64,000 bases of DNA from Synechococcus sp. (GCA_047285805.1 JBJBCN010000002.1:224001-288000); one strand, 5' to 3'; positions 46,522 through 56,495 are shown, numbered from the stretch's first letter. Notes: a model not told the origin generated them from the sequence alone. Translations and numbers: made by a program.

Positions 46522-48240
46522 CTAGGAAGCCTGCTCGGATCTGGCCGCAAGCTGATGGCTGTGGGCGCACTGCAGCGCCTCGAGTCGGGTCAGGCAGACC
46601 TCCACGCCGATGAAGCGGGTGATGGCGAGCCGTCCGAGTCGTTCCCGGTAGCGCTCCTGGGGGACCGCGATGATCACCCGCCGTCCTTGGCGGGTGGCAT
46701 CGCGGCAGACCGCGTCGATGGCAAGGGAGGCCGTGATCCCCAGATGGGAGACGGCCGTGAGATCGAGGATCAAGGTGGCATAGGCAGCGCTTTCCTGGAG
46801 GAGCTGCGTCAGGTAGCGGCTGGCGCCAAAGCTCAGCGGGCCCGCCAGGTTTAAGAGCGCAAGTTCACTGCCAGCCTCCCGCAGCAGCGCTTGCTCCTCG
46901 CCAGCAAGCTTCAGTGCGTTTGGATCTCCATCTCCGCCAGCGATCCGTTGGCTGCTTTTTTGCAGGGCATCGGCCTGGTCCTTAATAGTGATCACGTTGG
47001 CCAGCGAGACCCCGATCACCACGGCGGTGACCAGGTCCCAGAAGACCGTGAGCAAGAGGACTAGCCACATCAGACCCGTGGCTTTCCAGGAGAGGCGTGG
47101 GGCGCGCTTGAGGAAGCTCCAGTCGACGATCTCCAGGCCCACATGCAGCAGGATTCCGCCCAGAACGGCTAAGGGGATGCCGGCCGCGAAGGGGCCCGCC
47201 CCCAGGGTCACGATCAGCAGGGCCAGCGAGTGCACCATCCCCGAGAGCGGTGTCCGTCCACCGGCCTGCACATTGGTTACGGTTCGCATCGTTGCGCCCG
47301 CTCCGGGGAGGCCACCGACTAGGGCGGCTGCCATGTTGCCGAGGCCCTGTCCGATCAGTTCACGATCGGACCGGTGTTGGGTTCGGGTGATGTTGTCGGC
47401 CACCAGGGAGGTGAGCAGCGAGTCAATCGAGCCCAGGACAGCGAGGGTGATCGCATAACCGCCTAGCAAGCGGAGGTCCTCGAAGCGCAGCTCCGGCCAG
47501 CGCAGGGTCGGCAGGCCCTGGGGAATGGCCCCGAGGCGGGGCAGGGATCCCTCCGGCAGCAGGGTGCTGAGAGCCGAGATCACGACCAAGGCCACTAGCG
47601 GTGCGGGGATCCAGCGGTTCAAGCGCCGGGGGTAGGTGCGAATGAGGGCAAAGGTCAGGCAGCCAATCAGCAGAGCCAGGCCGTTCAGGTTGGCGAGCTG
47701 AGCGGGGAGCGCCCCCAGGATCTGGGGGATGGTGCCCTTGAGGTTGATCCCCAGCAGGACCGGCAGCTGCAGCACAACCACGATCACGCCGATCCCCGAC
47801 ATGAAGCCGGAGATCACGGAATAGGGCATCTGCACGATGTATTGCCCAAGGCGGAAGACCCCGAAGAGAACCTGCAGTGCTCCGGCCAACAGCGCCACCG
47901 TGAAGGCCACCGCCAGGCCTGCCTCCGGGCCATAGCGACCGACCAGTGCCGTAATAACCGCGGCCATGATCACGGTCATCGGGCCGGTGGGGCCCGAGAC
48001 CTGGGAGGGGGTGCCGCCGAGGGGGGCGGCGATGAAGCTCAGGACAATCGCGCCCCAGAGGCCGGCGATGGCGCCGGCCCCTGAGGTCAAGCCAAAGGCC
48101 ATGGCCAGGGGCAACGCCACAACGGCGGTCGTGATGCCGCCGGTGATGTCTCCGCGCCAGTTCTTCAGCCAGGGGTGGCTCCAGGTCCGACTGAGTCGCC
48201 AGGCCTTGGACTCGGGGGGCTCGCGGAAAGGAGAGCGCAT
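46522..48240 (-). CDS. SulP-family anion transporter with STAS domain (BicA-like)
   Basis: GDITGGITTAVVALPLAMAFG, SGPTGPMTV, GSIDSLLTSLVADN, GAGATMRT, GPLSFG. Confidence 0.92.
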   Translation of the reverse strand: MRSPFREPPESKAWRLSRTWSHPWLKNWRGDITGGITTAVVALPLAMAFGLTSGAGAIAGLWGAIVLSFIAAPLGGTPSQVSGPTGPMTVIMAAVITALVGRYGPEAGLAVAFTVALLAGALQVLFGVFRLGQYIVQMPYSVISGFMSGIGVIVVVLQLPVLLGINLKGTIPQILGALPAQLANLNGLALLIGCLTFALIRTYPRRLNRWIPAPLVALVVISALSTLLPEGSLPRLGAIPQGLPTLRWPELRFEDLRLLGGYAITLAVLGSIDSLLTSLVADNITRTQHRSDRELIGQGLGNMAAALVGGLPGAGATMRTVTNVQAGGRTPLSGMVHSLALLIVTLGAGPFAAGIPLAVLGGILLHVGLEIVDWSFLKRAPRLSWKATGLMWLVLLLTVFWDLVTAVVIGVSLANVITIKDQADALQKSSQRIAGGDGDPNALKLAGEEQALLREAGSELALLNLAGPLSFGASRYLTQLLQESAAYATLILDLTAVSHLGITASLAIDAVCRDATRQGRRVIIAVPQERYRERLGRLAITRFIGVEVCLTRLEALQCAHSHQLAARSEQAS

Positions 48241-48429
48241 GCTGCAGCCGTTGTCAGCTCCCTTCAGGATGCCGAGGGTGGCCTCGCTGTCAGCCGTTTC
48301 GCAAACCGTTGTTGGGTGGGGGCCAGGATCAGCAAAGAGAGGCCCCCGAGTTGGAGAGCGGGCACAAGGCGATCGCTTCCAGCAATGTTATGACGCCGAG
48401 CCATTGGCCCTCGTCATGAGTGGAAATGC

Positions 48430-48645
48430 TTAATGGCCGTCGCGGTTCACGCTGCCGCGGGGCGGCATGGGGCGTTTGCGAATCGTCAGCGGGCGATTGC
48501 CGAACTGCCGCCGGGCCAAGGTGAAGGCGTGCCCCTCGCTAAAAGCAATCAGGTGCAGTTCTGAATCCCCATCGGGGAAGTGAACGGTGAGATCAAAACA
48601 GGGCAAAACAGATGCCGATCGGACACATCTCCACTTCGTAGCCAT
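48430..48645 (-). CDS. Small hypothetical protein
   Basis: 71-aa ORF in a same-strand run. Confidence 0.5.
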   Translation of the reverse strand: MATKWRCVRSASVLPCFDLTVHFPDGDSELHLIAFSEGHAFTLARRQFGNRPLTIRKRPMPPRGSVNRDGH

Positions 48646-48664
48646 GGGGGCAGGCTGGCGTCAG

Positions 48665-48907
48665 CTATTCCGGGACTTCGCTCTCTTTCTGGTGGCGTGG
48701 CTCATAGCCCTGGGCTTCCGCCAAGTAGCGCAACCAGACCTGGCTCTTGCGATCGGGCATCCCGGCTGCACCGATCAGGCCGAGGGGGCCAAAGATCAGC
48801 CCGGCCCAAAACCATCGGGCACCTCGCCTGGCTTTGGCCCGGGCGATGGACGCAGAGATGAAGCCGCAGGGCAGGCAGACCATCAGGAAACCGATCACGT
48901 AGCCCAT
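48665..48907 (-). CDS. Small membrane protein
   Basis: IARAKAR...WFWAGLIFGPLGLI. Confidence 0.7.
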   Translation of the reverse strand: MGYVIGFLMVCLPCGFISASIARAKARRGARWFWAGLIFGPLGLIGAAGMPDRKSQVWLRYLAEAQGYEPRHQKESEVPE

Positions 48908-48966
48908 GGCTGAATCTGTTACTGCTTCTCTCTTAGCAACAGTTCCTGGACGCGATCCCAGGAGGC

Positions 48967-49179
48967 TTGGATAAATCGAGCGCTGAGGGCCTGATCCCAG
49001 TACTGCAGAGCGGTCGGGTGGAGCTCTCTGCTTTGGCGTTCGCTTTTGTGGCGTTGCAGATCTATTGGCTGACTGCCATCAGTCGCCGCCGGCGTCTGGC
49101 GCAGCAGTTGCCGAAGCAGGAGTTTCTCCAGGTGCTCGAGCGGATTTGGATGCAGCGATCGCCTACTGATCGCTCCTGA
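48967..49179 (+). CDS. Small membrane protein
   Basis: ELSALAFAFVALQIYWL...LERIW. Confidence 0.55.
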   Translation: MDKSSAEGLIPVLQSGRVELSALAFAFVALQIYWLTAISRRRRLAQQLPKQEFLQVLERIWMQRSPTDRS

Positions 49180-49438
49180 TGGCACAGGTCAGGGCGCAGG
49201 CGTGCTGGTCCTCGACCATGCGCCTGAGCTCGTGATCCCGCAGCAACTGCATCAGCTGGGTTCCTCCCATGCCGCCGATGGCCGTTCCTGTTTGTTTACT
49301 CACCCATGCGCCCGCCGATTGCAGGTCGGGGAAGTGCTCGGGGCACAGCCGCATCAGGCGACCTGCCAAGCCTGTGCTGATCCAGCGCTCATGGGCTGAG
49401 CGTTTGACCTGCTCCTGGATGTATTCGGCCATCGACAT
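49163..49438 (-). CDS. Hypothetical protein
   Basis: 91-aa ATG ORF. Confidence 0.55.
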   Translation of the reverse strand: MSMAEYIQEQVKRSAHERWISTGLAGRLMRLCPEHFPDLQSAGAWVSKQTGTAIGGMGGTQLMQLLRDHELRRMVEDQHACALTCAIRSDQ

Positions 49439-49559
49439 GTGGAGCAGCCGGAGACGAGGATTGGAAACTCACCTCTTGCCTCCGGCCTAATCGGCTCCCG
49501 CAGGGCGCGGCCAGGGAATTAATACCTATTTCTTTTGCTTTCCTTCCAAATCTCCCTGT

Positions 49560-49814
49560 TCAAGTCTGCGCGTGGTTGGCCCCCGCGTGGTTCGGGAAGG
49601 GGTGGGTGCTGCTGTGGTCTCCGCCTTCGCCGTAGTGCTCCAGGTAGGAGAGCCCCACGGTGCGCAACATCATTCCGCAGGCGTGCCGGTCGGCGCCGTG
49701 CTGCTGCTGCCAGCGCTCTACAAGGGCGATGACGTCTTGATAGCCGTTCTTGAGGAAGTCCTCGGTTGGTTCCCAGGGCACGATCCTGTTGCTGTTGGGA
49801 GACGATGTCCACAC
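49560..49814 (-). CDS. Hypothetical protein
   Basis: WEPTEDFLKNGYQDVIALVERWQQQHG. Confidence 0.5.
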   Translation of the reverse strand: MWTSSPNSNRIVPWEPTEDFLKNGYQDVIALVERWQQQHGADRHACGMMLRTVGLSYLEHYGEGGDHSSTHPFPNHAGANHAQT

Positions 49815-49862
49815 AGCTTCTCAGTAATTTCCGAGGGCTGCTTGTCTTGTCATGAGCTGTGG

Positions 49863-50093
49863 TCAGGCCGCCCCTGGGCACCAGCCCACCTGGCGTTCGC
49901 GCCGGGTGAGCGAATGTCTGCGCTTTTTAGTGAGGTGTTCGCCTTGGCCGCGCTGCTTGGACTGAAGCTTGCATCCGAGCAGGGTTCGGCAATGGGCGTC
50001 GCTTCCGTAGGTGAAGTGTTTAGAGGTGATACAAACTCGCCCTGAGCAGGATGCCCGCAGCAGCTTGGCCTCCATGAATTTCCAGTTATCCAT
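49863..50093 (-). CDS. Cys-rich small protein, possibly degenerate
   Basis: VCITSKHFTYGSDAHCRTLLGC...GEHL...VGWCP. Confidence 0.55.
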   Translation of the reverse strand: MDNWKFMEAKLLRASCSGRVCITSKHFTYGSDAHCRTLLGCKLQSKQRGQGEHLTKKRRHSLTRRERQVGWCPGAA

Positions 50094-51153
50094 GCGCTTA
50101 TTGCATGGTACTCCTGTACTGCAGTTGGTTGGAGGTCAGTGCAGGCCCTCGGCTGGTGTGGGATCTCTGATTTCTGCAGTGACGGCAACAGTTAGGGCTC
50201 GCCGTTCCCGTGATAGTTCTGCCAGAAGACCAGGCCCCATGCTTCGCATGTTGACGTTTACGGCCAGCCTCATGGTGCTGAAAACGGCGATGGAGCTCTG
50301 GCTGGCTGAATCGCTCCTCCGCTCGAGCCCGTCTCCCCGTTCCTTGGCTTAGTACGGGGCCAGCGCTGCAAAGAGCTCCCGGATGGAGTCCAGGTCCAGA
50401 TCCGTGTTGATCAGGACCGAGGTTTCGAAGACCTCCTGGAAATCGCTGAGGCGTTGCCGAATCTCCTCTTCGCTTCCTTCCCAGGGCATGGGAGCCTTTG
50501 ATTGAGCTTGGTTATCCCGTGACAGGACCCTCCAGAACGCCAGCAAGCACTGTTGGCCTGGTTTAAAGGGCGTTTCGCCGAGGGATCAGGGGTGGTCGGA
50601 GGCGATTCCTTTGAGCTCCTGCCAGTTGGCGTGGCTGCTGAGTTGCGCATCAACGCTGGTGAGCGCCTGCAGAAAGTTTTCTTCTGACATGACCCCCAAC
50701 GCCGATCTCTTTCATGCTGGCAGCATGACCACGTCCGAGACGATCCTGCGGATCGCTTCGCTGTCGTCTCAGCGTTGTGTGCGGTGGCACTGGCGCTCCT
50801 CTCTCGCCGGCTGTTTGGCGTCGTCCATGACACGCTCTTGGCGATGTCGTTCCGCCCGGCTTTGGCAGTCCAGCAACAAACCCCCCAGGGGCAGGTGGTA
50901 GAGCGCGCACTGGAAGGTTGTTGATGGGGCACGTTGCACCGCACCCCTGATGAGGACGGTCCGTGACGTCGAGCCGTCTCCACTTCAGTCATGGCTCAAG
51001 CGCGGACGGAGCGGCAAGGGGGCTTTTCAGCTGGGTCACAATCTGAGGATTGCCGTTGATCGCGTCCTTGGTGCCCTATTCAGGAACCCGTGTTCAGGAA
51101 ACGCCGCTGGGTCTGAGTTACCGCATCGTCTACCAACGGCGTGGTGGTCTGCC

Positions 51154-51466
51154 GATGGATTGGTTGGATACCGCAGGCGATCCCCTGGAGGGGCTCGATC
51201 GCCTGCGGGCCCAGGAGGATTCGGCCAGGTTCTTGGCCCAGAAACGCAACACCTTCACCCGTTTTCTGCGAGCGTTTATCGCTGTCCTCCTGGTGGTGTT
51301 CAGCTTCAGTCCAGGGGCCTCACCTTGGATGTTGACCATCGGCCTGCTGATCTACCTGGAGATCGCGATCAAGTCCAAGGAGCGGGTTGGTCTCTACAAA
51401 GGAATCGCTCGTCATATCGAGCAGAGGCTGTTCGCGATCGATCAAGCCAGCCAGTCGGATCCTTGA
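51154..51466 (+). CDS. Two-TM hypothetical protein (start approximate)
   Basis: MDWLDTAGDP...FIAVLLVVF...LTIGLLIYLEIAI. Confidence 0.55.
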
Positions 51467-51505
51467 CCCGCAGCCCCTAAGGTCGCGGGAGTTTGATCGG
51501 GATTC

Positions 51506-51730
51506 ATGGGTCTGCAATTGCACTCCGCTGAGTTCCTGCATGACGACGGGCTTACCTACTGCATCAAGCGTGAATCTCTGGACCAGGACTTCACGATTTA
51601 CGAGAAGCGCTGTGAGGAATGGGTGGATAGCGGCTTGGATCAGGCGGTTAAAGACCTCAACTTCGCCGAGTTCAAGCGCTTGGGGCTGCTGATCAAGCGG
51701 ATCATGGATCAGGACAACTGGATTGCCTGA
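51506..51730 (+). CDS. Small hypothetical protein
   Basis: 74-aa ATG ORF with GC-rich third positions. Confidence 0.7.
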   Translation: MGLQLHSAEFLHDDGLTYCIKRESLDQDFTIYEKRCEEWVDSGLDQAVKDLNFAEFKRLGLLIKRIMDQDNWIA

Positions 51731-51745
51731 TCGCCCCAAGACTGA

Positions 51746-52123
51746 GCCCGCCCCTCCCGGATGGAAGAGACGGCCTAACGCGCTCGTTCATGCATGGGAT
51801 GCACCCGTTTCGTAAGGGAACGAAAGAAGGGGGCGGAGCCGCTGAGGAAGGACACCTGGGGCCAGGTGTCCAGGTGTAGAGCAGTGGTACTCCTTGGGGC
51901 ACCTGTGGCGGTGCAGATGGAGTGCCGACAGCTCAAACGCTCATGTTTGTTTGATCTGACGGGCCGCTCACGGTTTGAGAAGACTGTTGGAGCAGGCGCC
52001 TTCAGTCAGCTCGCTCCTGACATCTGGTTGGGTGGAGTGTCGGCCATCAGAGGCGTCTCCGATCTCTATGGCCATAGCTTCGGCCAGACCGAGGGGAGGC
52101 AATTGGACTTAATGCCCATTGCC
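51746..52123. ncRNA. Structured dispersed element, copy B
   Basis: Same blocks as copies A and C; ATGGAAGAGACGGCCTA hairpin shared with C. Confidence 0.6.
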
Positions 52124-52351
52124 CCGGAGGCGAAACCATCCAAGAGAGATTGGTTGCACGCCAAACGCCCGCGTAAGCGACCACTCCCGCTCTGGCTGCG
52201 TTGGCTGTCTCTCTGGAGCCTGCGCCTGATCAACATCGCTCTGGTGGGGCTGACCACCTGCGGCTTGGGCTGGGTCTGGCTGGCGATGTACCTCTACTAC
52301 GAATCGTTTAAGCAGAGGCACCTGCCGGCTTCGGGAGAGCGTCGTCGATAG
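52112..52351 (+). CDS. Basic/hydrophobic small membrane protein
   Basis: LWLRWLSLWSLRLINIALVGLTTCGLGWVWLAMYLYY. Confidence 0.5.
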   Translation: MPIAPEAKPSKRDWLHAKRPRKRPLPLWLRWLSLWSLRLINIALVGLTTCGLGWVWLAMYLYYESFKQRHLPASGERRR

Positions 52352-52433
52352 TCGTTGTACTTGTGAAGTGTTGTTGTCCTCAGTACGTACTCCGGCGGGC
52401 GCTCGTGATTGATTCGGGCAAACACTGCTTGCC

Positions 52434-52697
52434 ATGATTGAAACCCACGTGCTCACCTTCTCGATCAACAAGCCGTTTGAGGAGTGGGTCGCCACCTATG
52501 ACTCCTCGGCGCCGCTTCAAGAGGCCGCAGGGATCAAGAGCCTGTTTCGTGGGGTGAGCAAAGACGACCCCACCAAGGTCTGCGCCGTGATGCGGGCTGA
52601 AGCTGGGGTGATGGAGGAGTTCATCGCAGGCAATGCCGCGATGATTGCTTCTTCTGGTCACATCCTGGAGAGCACGGTAAGTCAGGTCTTCCTCTGA
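52434..52697 (+). CDS. DUF3764-like protein
   Basis: MIETHVLTFSINKPFEEW...GIKSLFRGVSKDDPTKV...IASSGHILEST. Confidence 0.8.
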   Translation: MIETHVLTFSINKPFEEWVATYDSSAPLQEAAGIKSLFRGVSKDDPTKVCAVMRAEAGVMEEFIAGNAAMIASSGHILESTVSQVFL

Positions 52698-52936
52698 GGA
52701 AGGTGACTGGAGGCCGCGGACCCCTTAGATGCATTTCACGCTGGCTTTCGGCTGCCATGCAGCGACCAGGTCATCGTTGGCTTGGCACTGCTGCATGTTC
52801 GCCTGCGGTACTTTCTCGAGGGAGGCCGTGGTCCGATGGGGCGAGTAGGTCGCCCAGGCGATGATCAGCCATGTGATTGGCTCGCTGGAGACTCCAGCGT
52901 TTGCGGAATCCTGGTAGTCAGGGAGGTGGATTGCGT

Positions 52937-53116
52937 CTAGTGGTGCCAGGCAACCGGGTTGCGGCATTCTTGCTCCTTCACGGCTTCATAGGCCTGCCAA
53001 AGTCCTTCGACTTCAGCGCATTTGAGGTTGCGGTCGCAGACGCGATAGCGACCGTTGCCAACCGCATCAATCGTGGAGCCGCGGCAGGTGCGGCAGATCC
53101 GCTTGGGCTCGGCCAT
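52937..53116 (-). CDS. 59-aa protein, GSTI-YRVC family
   Basis: MAEPKRICRTCRGSTIDAVGNGRYRVCDRNLKCAEVEGLWQAYEAV...; below the ORF-track cutoff. Confidence 0.65.
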   Translation of the reverse strand: MAEPKRICRTCRGSTIDAVGNGRYRVCDRNLKCAEVEGLWQAYEAVKEQECRNPVAWHH

Positions 53117-53215
53117 TTGTTTACGGCATGAAGAACGTTCCTAGGGACAATCTTTTCCGTATGGTCAGCAGTATTTCGAGGCTTCACAGACGCCGCTGAT
53201 TGCATTGCGCTGAAT

Positions 53216-53344
53216 TCAGCTGGCGTGGATCGAATAGAGCGTGATCCCCATCGCCTTGAGGATGAAGTAGCCCGTGAAGCCGAGCACATTCAGACCGATC
53301 ACAAAGGCCCAGACGCCCCACGGTTGTTGCTGATCAAGCTTCAT
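53216..53344 (-). CDS. 42-aa TM micropeptide
   Basis: MKLDQQQPWGVWAFVIGLNVLGFTGYFILKAMGITLYSIHAS*; GAGGGG RBS. Confidence 0.6.
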   Translation of the reverse strand: MKLDQQQPWGVWAFVIGLNVLGFTGYFILKAMGITLYSIHAS

Positions 53345-53487
53345 TCCCCTCGCACCGGCTGGGGTCAGTGTGTCTCGAAGCCAATATCGCCCTCACCGGG
53401 CGCCGGTGGGGAGTGTTGGTTGGGGAGCCGGAATCTGGCCCCCCGTATCGGACAACGGGGGAATGCACTCGCCCGCCACCTCAGTTG

Positions 53488-53730
53488 TTATGGCCCAGGG
53501 GCTTCTTCGGTGTCAACGCAGGGTGCCGTTGGTCGTAATGGGTCCGGTTGACCTTCGGTGATGGCCACGGAACGGTGGTAGATGGCGCTGGACCGATCGC
53601 CCGCTGATTCCATTGCCCGGCGCATGGACCACCAGTACTGAAGCGTTTCTGCCTCGGTCCACTCGGGAGTTTGAAGGTCACCCATGGACTCAACCGAGGC
53701 GGCAGCCGAGATTGATTGTCCCTTCATCAA
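53488..53730 (-). CDS. Small hypothetical protein
   Basis: YWWSMRRAMESAGDRSSAIYHRSVAITEGQPDPL. Confidence 0.65.
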   Translation of the reverse strand: MMKGQSISAAASVESMGDLQTPEWTEAETLQYWWSMRRAMESAGDRSSAIYHRSVAITEGQPDPLRPTAPCVDTEEAPGP

Positions 53731-53926
53731 GCAGGCGCCCCAGCCGTAGGGCTACTGCGGCCTCGTGGCGATTAAACGAGCCCTGATGGGAGGCAATCCA
53801 AGACACCTCGGCCTCGGTGAGCACCCCTGTGGCCATGGAGCTTAAGAAGACAGCGCCGAGAGACATGAGAGACCTGTAACGAAGTCTTTACATTCTGTCT
53901 GGCGCGGCTCGGGGCTGCGAGCGATC

Positions 53927-54076
53927 TCAGTAGCTGTTCTGCTTTAGAGCCGAAAAGCGCGACGTGCCCTCCCAAGGGGCCGGCATCGCTTTGTCGCGCG
54001 GTTTGCCGGCGTTCTGCATTTGCAGTGCGGCAGCACCAGCGGCGTAGCAGGCGGCGAAAACGGCGATGAACCCCAT
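53927..54076 (-). CDS. 49-aa micropeptide
   Basis: MGFIAVFAACYAAGAAALQMQNAGKPRDKAMPAPWEGTSRFSALKQNSY*. Confidence 0.5.
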   Translation of the reverse strand: MGFIAVFAACYAAGAAALQMQNAGKPRDKAMPAPWEGTSRFSALKQNSY

Positions 54077-54401
54077 GGCTGTTTAGTAGTTGTCAAAGGC
54101 TCTCTGAAGCGGTCCGGGTAGCGCGTTCGCCTCGAACCGTTTGGGTGCTTTGGGTATTTCTGCTCAGGGTGACTGCTGCGTCCCCCCCCCCTATCTGGGG
54201 CGATCGCAAGCTCCGCGCGCGCAAGGAGGCTGACTGCGCCGCCGAGAGGCGGGGACTGCAGGCCATTTCTCCTTTGCAGTTGGTCGGTTGAGGGGGATTT
54301 TTCTGGGAATGCCATCGCTTCAGGTTGCCTTCGTCATCCCAAAGTTTTTCTGTTGATTGATCTGAAAGGACTCCGCGCAGTCAACCTTGAGCATCTACTA
54401 G

Positions 54402-54620
54402 ATGCAGCGGGCCACTTACACCATCGAGCTCCTCACACCTCAGGGCTGGAGTTGCGCTGAGGCCCATGAGCAGCGCGAGCTCGCCGAGATGCAAGCGATG
54501 CTGAAGAGCAAAGCGGATGGGCAGACCTGTCGGATCACTTCGCCCGAGCTGAGAACGCTTTGCCTTTTTACGAAGCAGCGCGCGCGTTGTTGGGAGCTGG
54601 ATCAGCCGACCATGGCCTAA
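54402..54620 (+). CDS. Small hypothetical protein
   Basis: YTIELLTPQGW...AMLKSKADGQTCRI. Confidence 0.65.
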   Translation: MQRATYTIELLTPQGWSCAEAHEQRELAEMQAMLKSKADGQTCRITSPELRTLCLFTKQRARCWELDQPTMA

Positions 54621-54621
54621 T

Positions 54622-54919
54622 GGGTAGGCCGCCCCCCCCCGCATGGAAGAGACGGCCTACCTCGCTCGCGTATGGGGCAACTGCTAAGGACAAGAGTCGA
54701 ATGGGCCTGGAGCTGCTGAGCGCAACACCTGTGGCCGGGCCTCCAAGTGGAGGCCCATCCGTTCTGCCACGGGTGGATGAGAAAACGCCGTGGAGCAGGG
54801 GGCTTCCGTCACGTGCTTCGTTGGTCTTCTGAGGTGGCGTGTCGTTCAATACGCTTCCATCACCGCTGCATCCACCATCGTTCGTATCGAGGGGGCAATC
54901 GGACTTCATGCCTATTGCC
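54622..54919. ncRNA. Structured dispersed element, copy C
   Basis: GGAGCTGCTGAG, CACCTGTGGCC, TGGAGCAGGGGGCTTCCGTCA, GGTGGCGTGTCG, GGCAATCGGACTTCATGCCTATTGCC. Confidence 0.58.
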
Positions 54920-55387
54920 TTGGCGGCTGAGCCATCTGAAAGTGGAACGTTGGTCCGTTCTTTGTGTCTTCGCTCCAATAGAGGCGGTATGGCTGTCCCA
55001 TGTAAGAACAAGTTCCGCGCGTTCTGGAATCGCTTCAAAAGCAACCTCAAGACGAATCGCTATCCGGTCGTGCTTGGTGAGGCCGGATCGGCGCGCCGAG
55101 CGGCCGAGGTCGAACGGATGACCCGGAAGCAGACGCCTCCCATCGACATCCGTTAATGGGGCCGCTTGCCAGGGCCAGAGCGGTTGAGGCTTTTTCTTCT
55201 TTGAAAATATATGCCGATTGAGATCGGCAGTGTTGGATATAGCTAGCGAGCTCTTTGTAGTCAATCTGTCAACTATTGATCGCAGATTGGCTGCAAAGCT
55301 GAGATAAAAAGTGGCTCTCTGATTGCTGTTAGTCGGCGTCTCCATGTCGGGAGGGTTTGCTTCCAGAGCCTTCTCTCTTGTTCTCCG

Positions 55388-55992
55388 ATGTTGAAATTTG
55401 TTCTTCCACTGGCAAGTTGGGATTGGCCTATGGACCTGCCCTGTTTGTTCCTCCCCATGGCGGGCCGCGCTTGGCCGTTTGCGCTGTCAGCAGCGGCTTT
55501 GTTCGCTCCAATACCTTGCTGCCCCTCGGCGGCATCAAGGTGATCGACAACCCCGTCCCTCGTAACCTGGAGAACCTCTCGGGTTGGTCCCGTGAGCAGC
55601 TCCAGGCTGGTCTCCAGCAGGAGTACAGCGTGGATGTGGCCGCTGTGGCTCGCTTCCTGTATTCCCCCAAAGGTGAGCAGTTCCTGAAAAAGAGCATTCA
55701 GGAGGACAACTACACCCCCTACTACAGCCAGCAGAACAGCCTGCAGGCCGTTCGTAGCGCCATCATCCTCGACTCCGCCGACGGCAAGCTATCGAGCTTC
55801 GGGCTGATGAAGCAGCTCCCCACCGACCAGCGCCTCCAGGGCTCGATGAAGGTCTGTGATGTCAATAGCATCGAGAACAGCCAGCAGGCCACCTCGCTGC
55901 TCAGCTGGTATGTGAACACCCCGGCTTGCATCGCGGCTTACACCGCCGAAGCTCCCGAGCGGGTCCGGCAGTCCGTTCGCGGCCTCTGGTGA
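55388..55992 (+). pseudogene. DUF1400-like secreted protein; N-terminus appears frameshifted
   Basis: VDVAAVARFLYSPKGEQFL...AVRSAIILDSADGKLS; the ATG and signal-like start at 55388 is out of frame with the body. Confidence 0.6.
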
Positions 55993-56097
55993 GATCGAGC
56001 TCAACCTTGAGCCAAAAAGCGCCCTTGCGAACCCGCTTTTTGCCAAAAAAGCGGGTTCTGGCGGCAGACCTAGTGCCATTGCCGCTACAAAGAAGTT

Positions 56098-56376
56098 ATG
56101 AAAAGACTTTTGGGATTGCTGTTCTGTGCGATGGTGTTCCCGCCAGTGCAGGCTTTGGCCAATCAATCGGCCAATCAGGACCTTGGTGATGGGCGCGTAA
56201 TGACCCATAAAGGCGCTGTGGTTTTAGTTGTTACCAAGCAAGGGGCCTATCAGTACTGCTACGTGAATCCGATTGCTCCGGTCTTGGCGGAGGGCAGACT
56301 GAACATCGATTGCACCGACGACAACCCGCTCGGTCTCGGAGGCTTTGAGCACCGGCTTGTTCCTCCATCCCCCTAG
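56098..56376 (+). CDS. Small secreted protein
   Basis: MKRLLGLLFCAMVFPPVQALA signal peptide, Cys pair. Confidence 0.65.
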   Translation: MKRLLGLLFCAMVFPPVQALANQSANQDLGDGRVMTHKGAVVLVVTKQGAYQYCYVNPIAPVLAEGRLNIDCTDDNPLGLGGFEHRLVPPSP

Positions 56377-56464
56377 TCATTGGCATTAGGTAGACGTACC
56401 GATTGCAACGTCGATTGGGCCCAGCACCATATATGCTCGGGATACTCCGATGGGTAGGGAGATC

Positions 56465-56495
56465 AAACCCCTGGACTTAGCGCCAAGGGTTTTTT
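56465..56495 (+). terminator. Probable terminator
   Basis: AAACCCCTGG...CCAAGGGTTT plus T-run. Confidence 0.55.

Noticed and set aside
50349..50940. Long minus-strand frame with three in-frame TGA codons (recoding or pseudogene)
   Set aside because: No recognisable family or recoding signal; cannot be supported.
36846..52351. Shared protein motif GAGAFSQLAP in ORFs 36846-37442 and 51794-52351
   Set aside because: It arises from the nucleotide repeat. Copy C breaks the frame, so a non-coding interpretation is preferred, though not proven.
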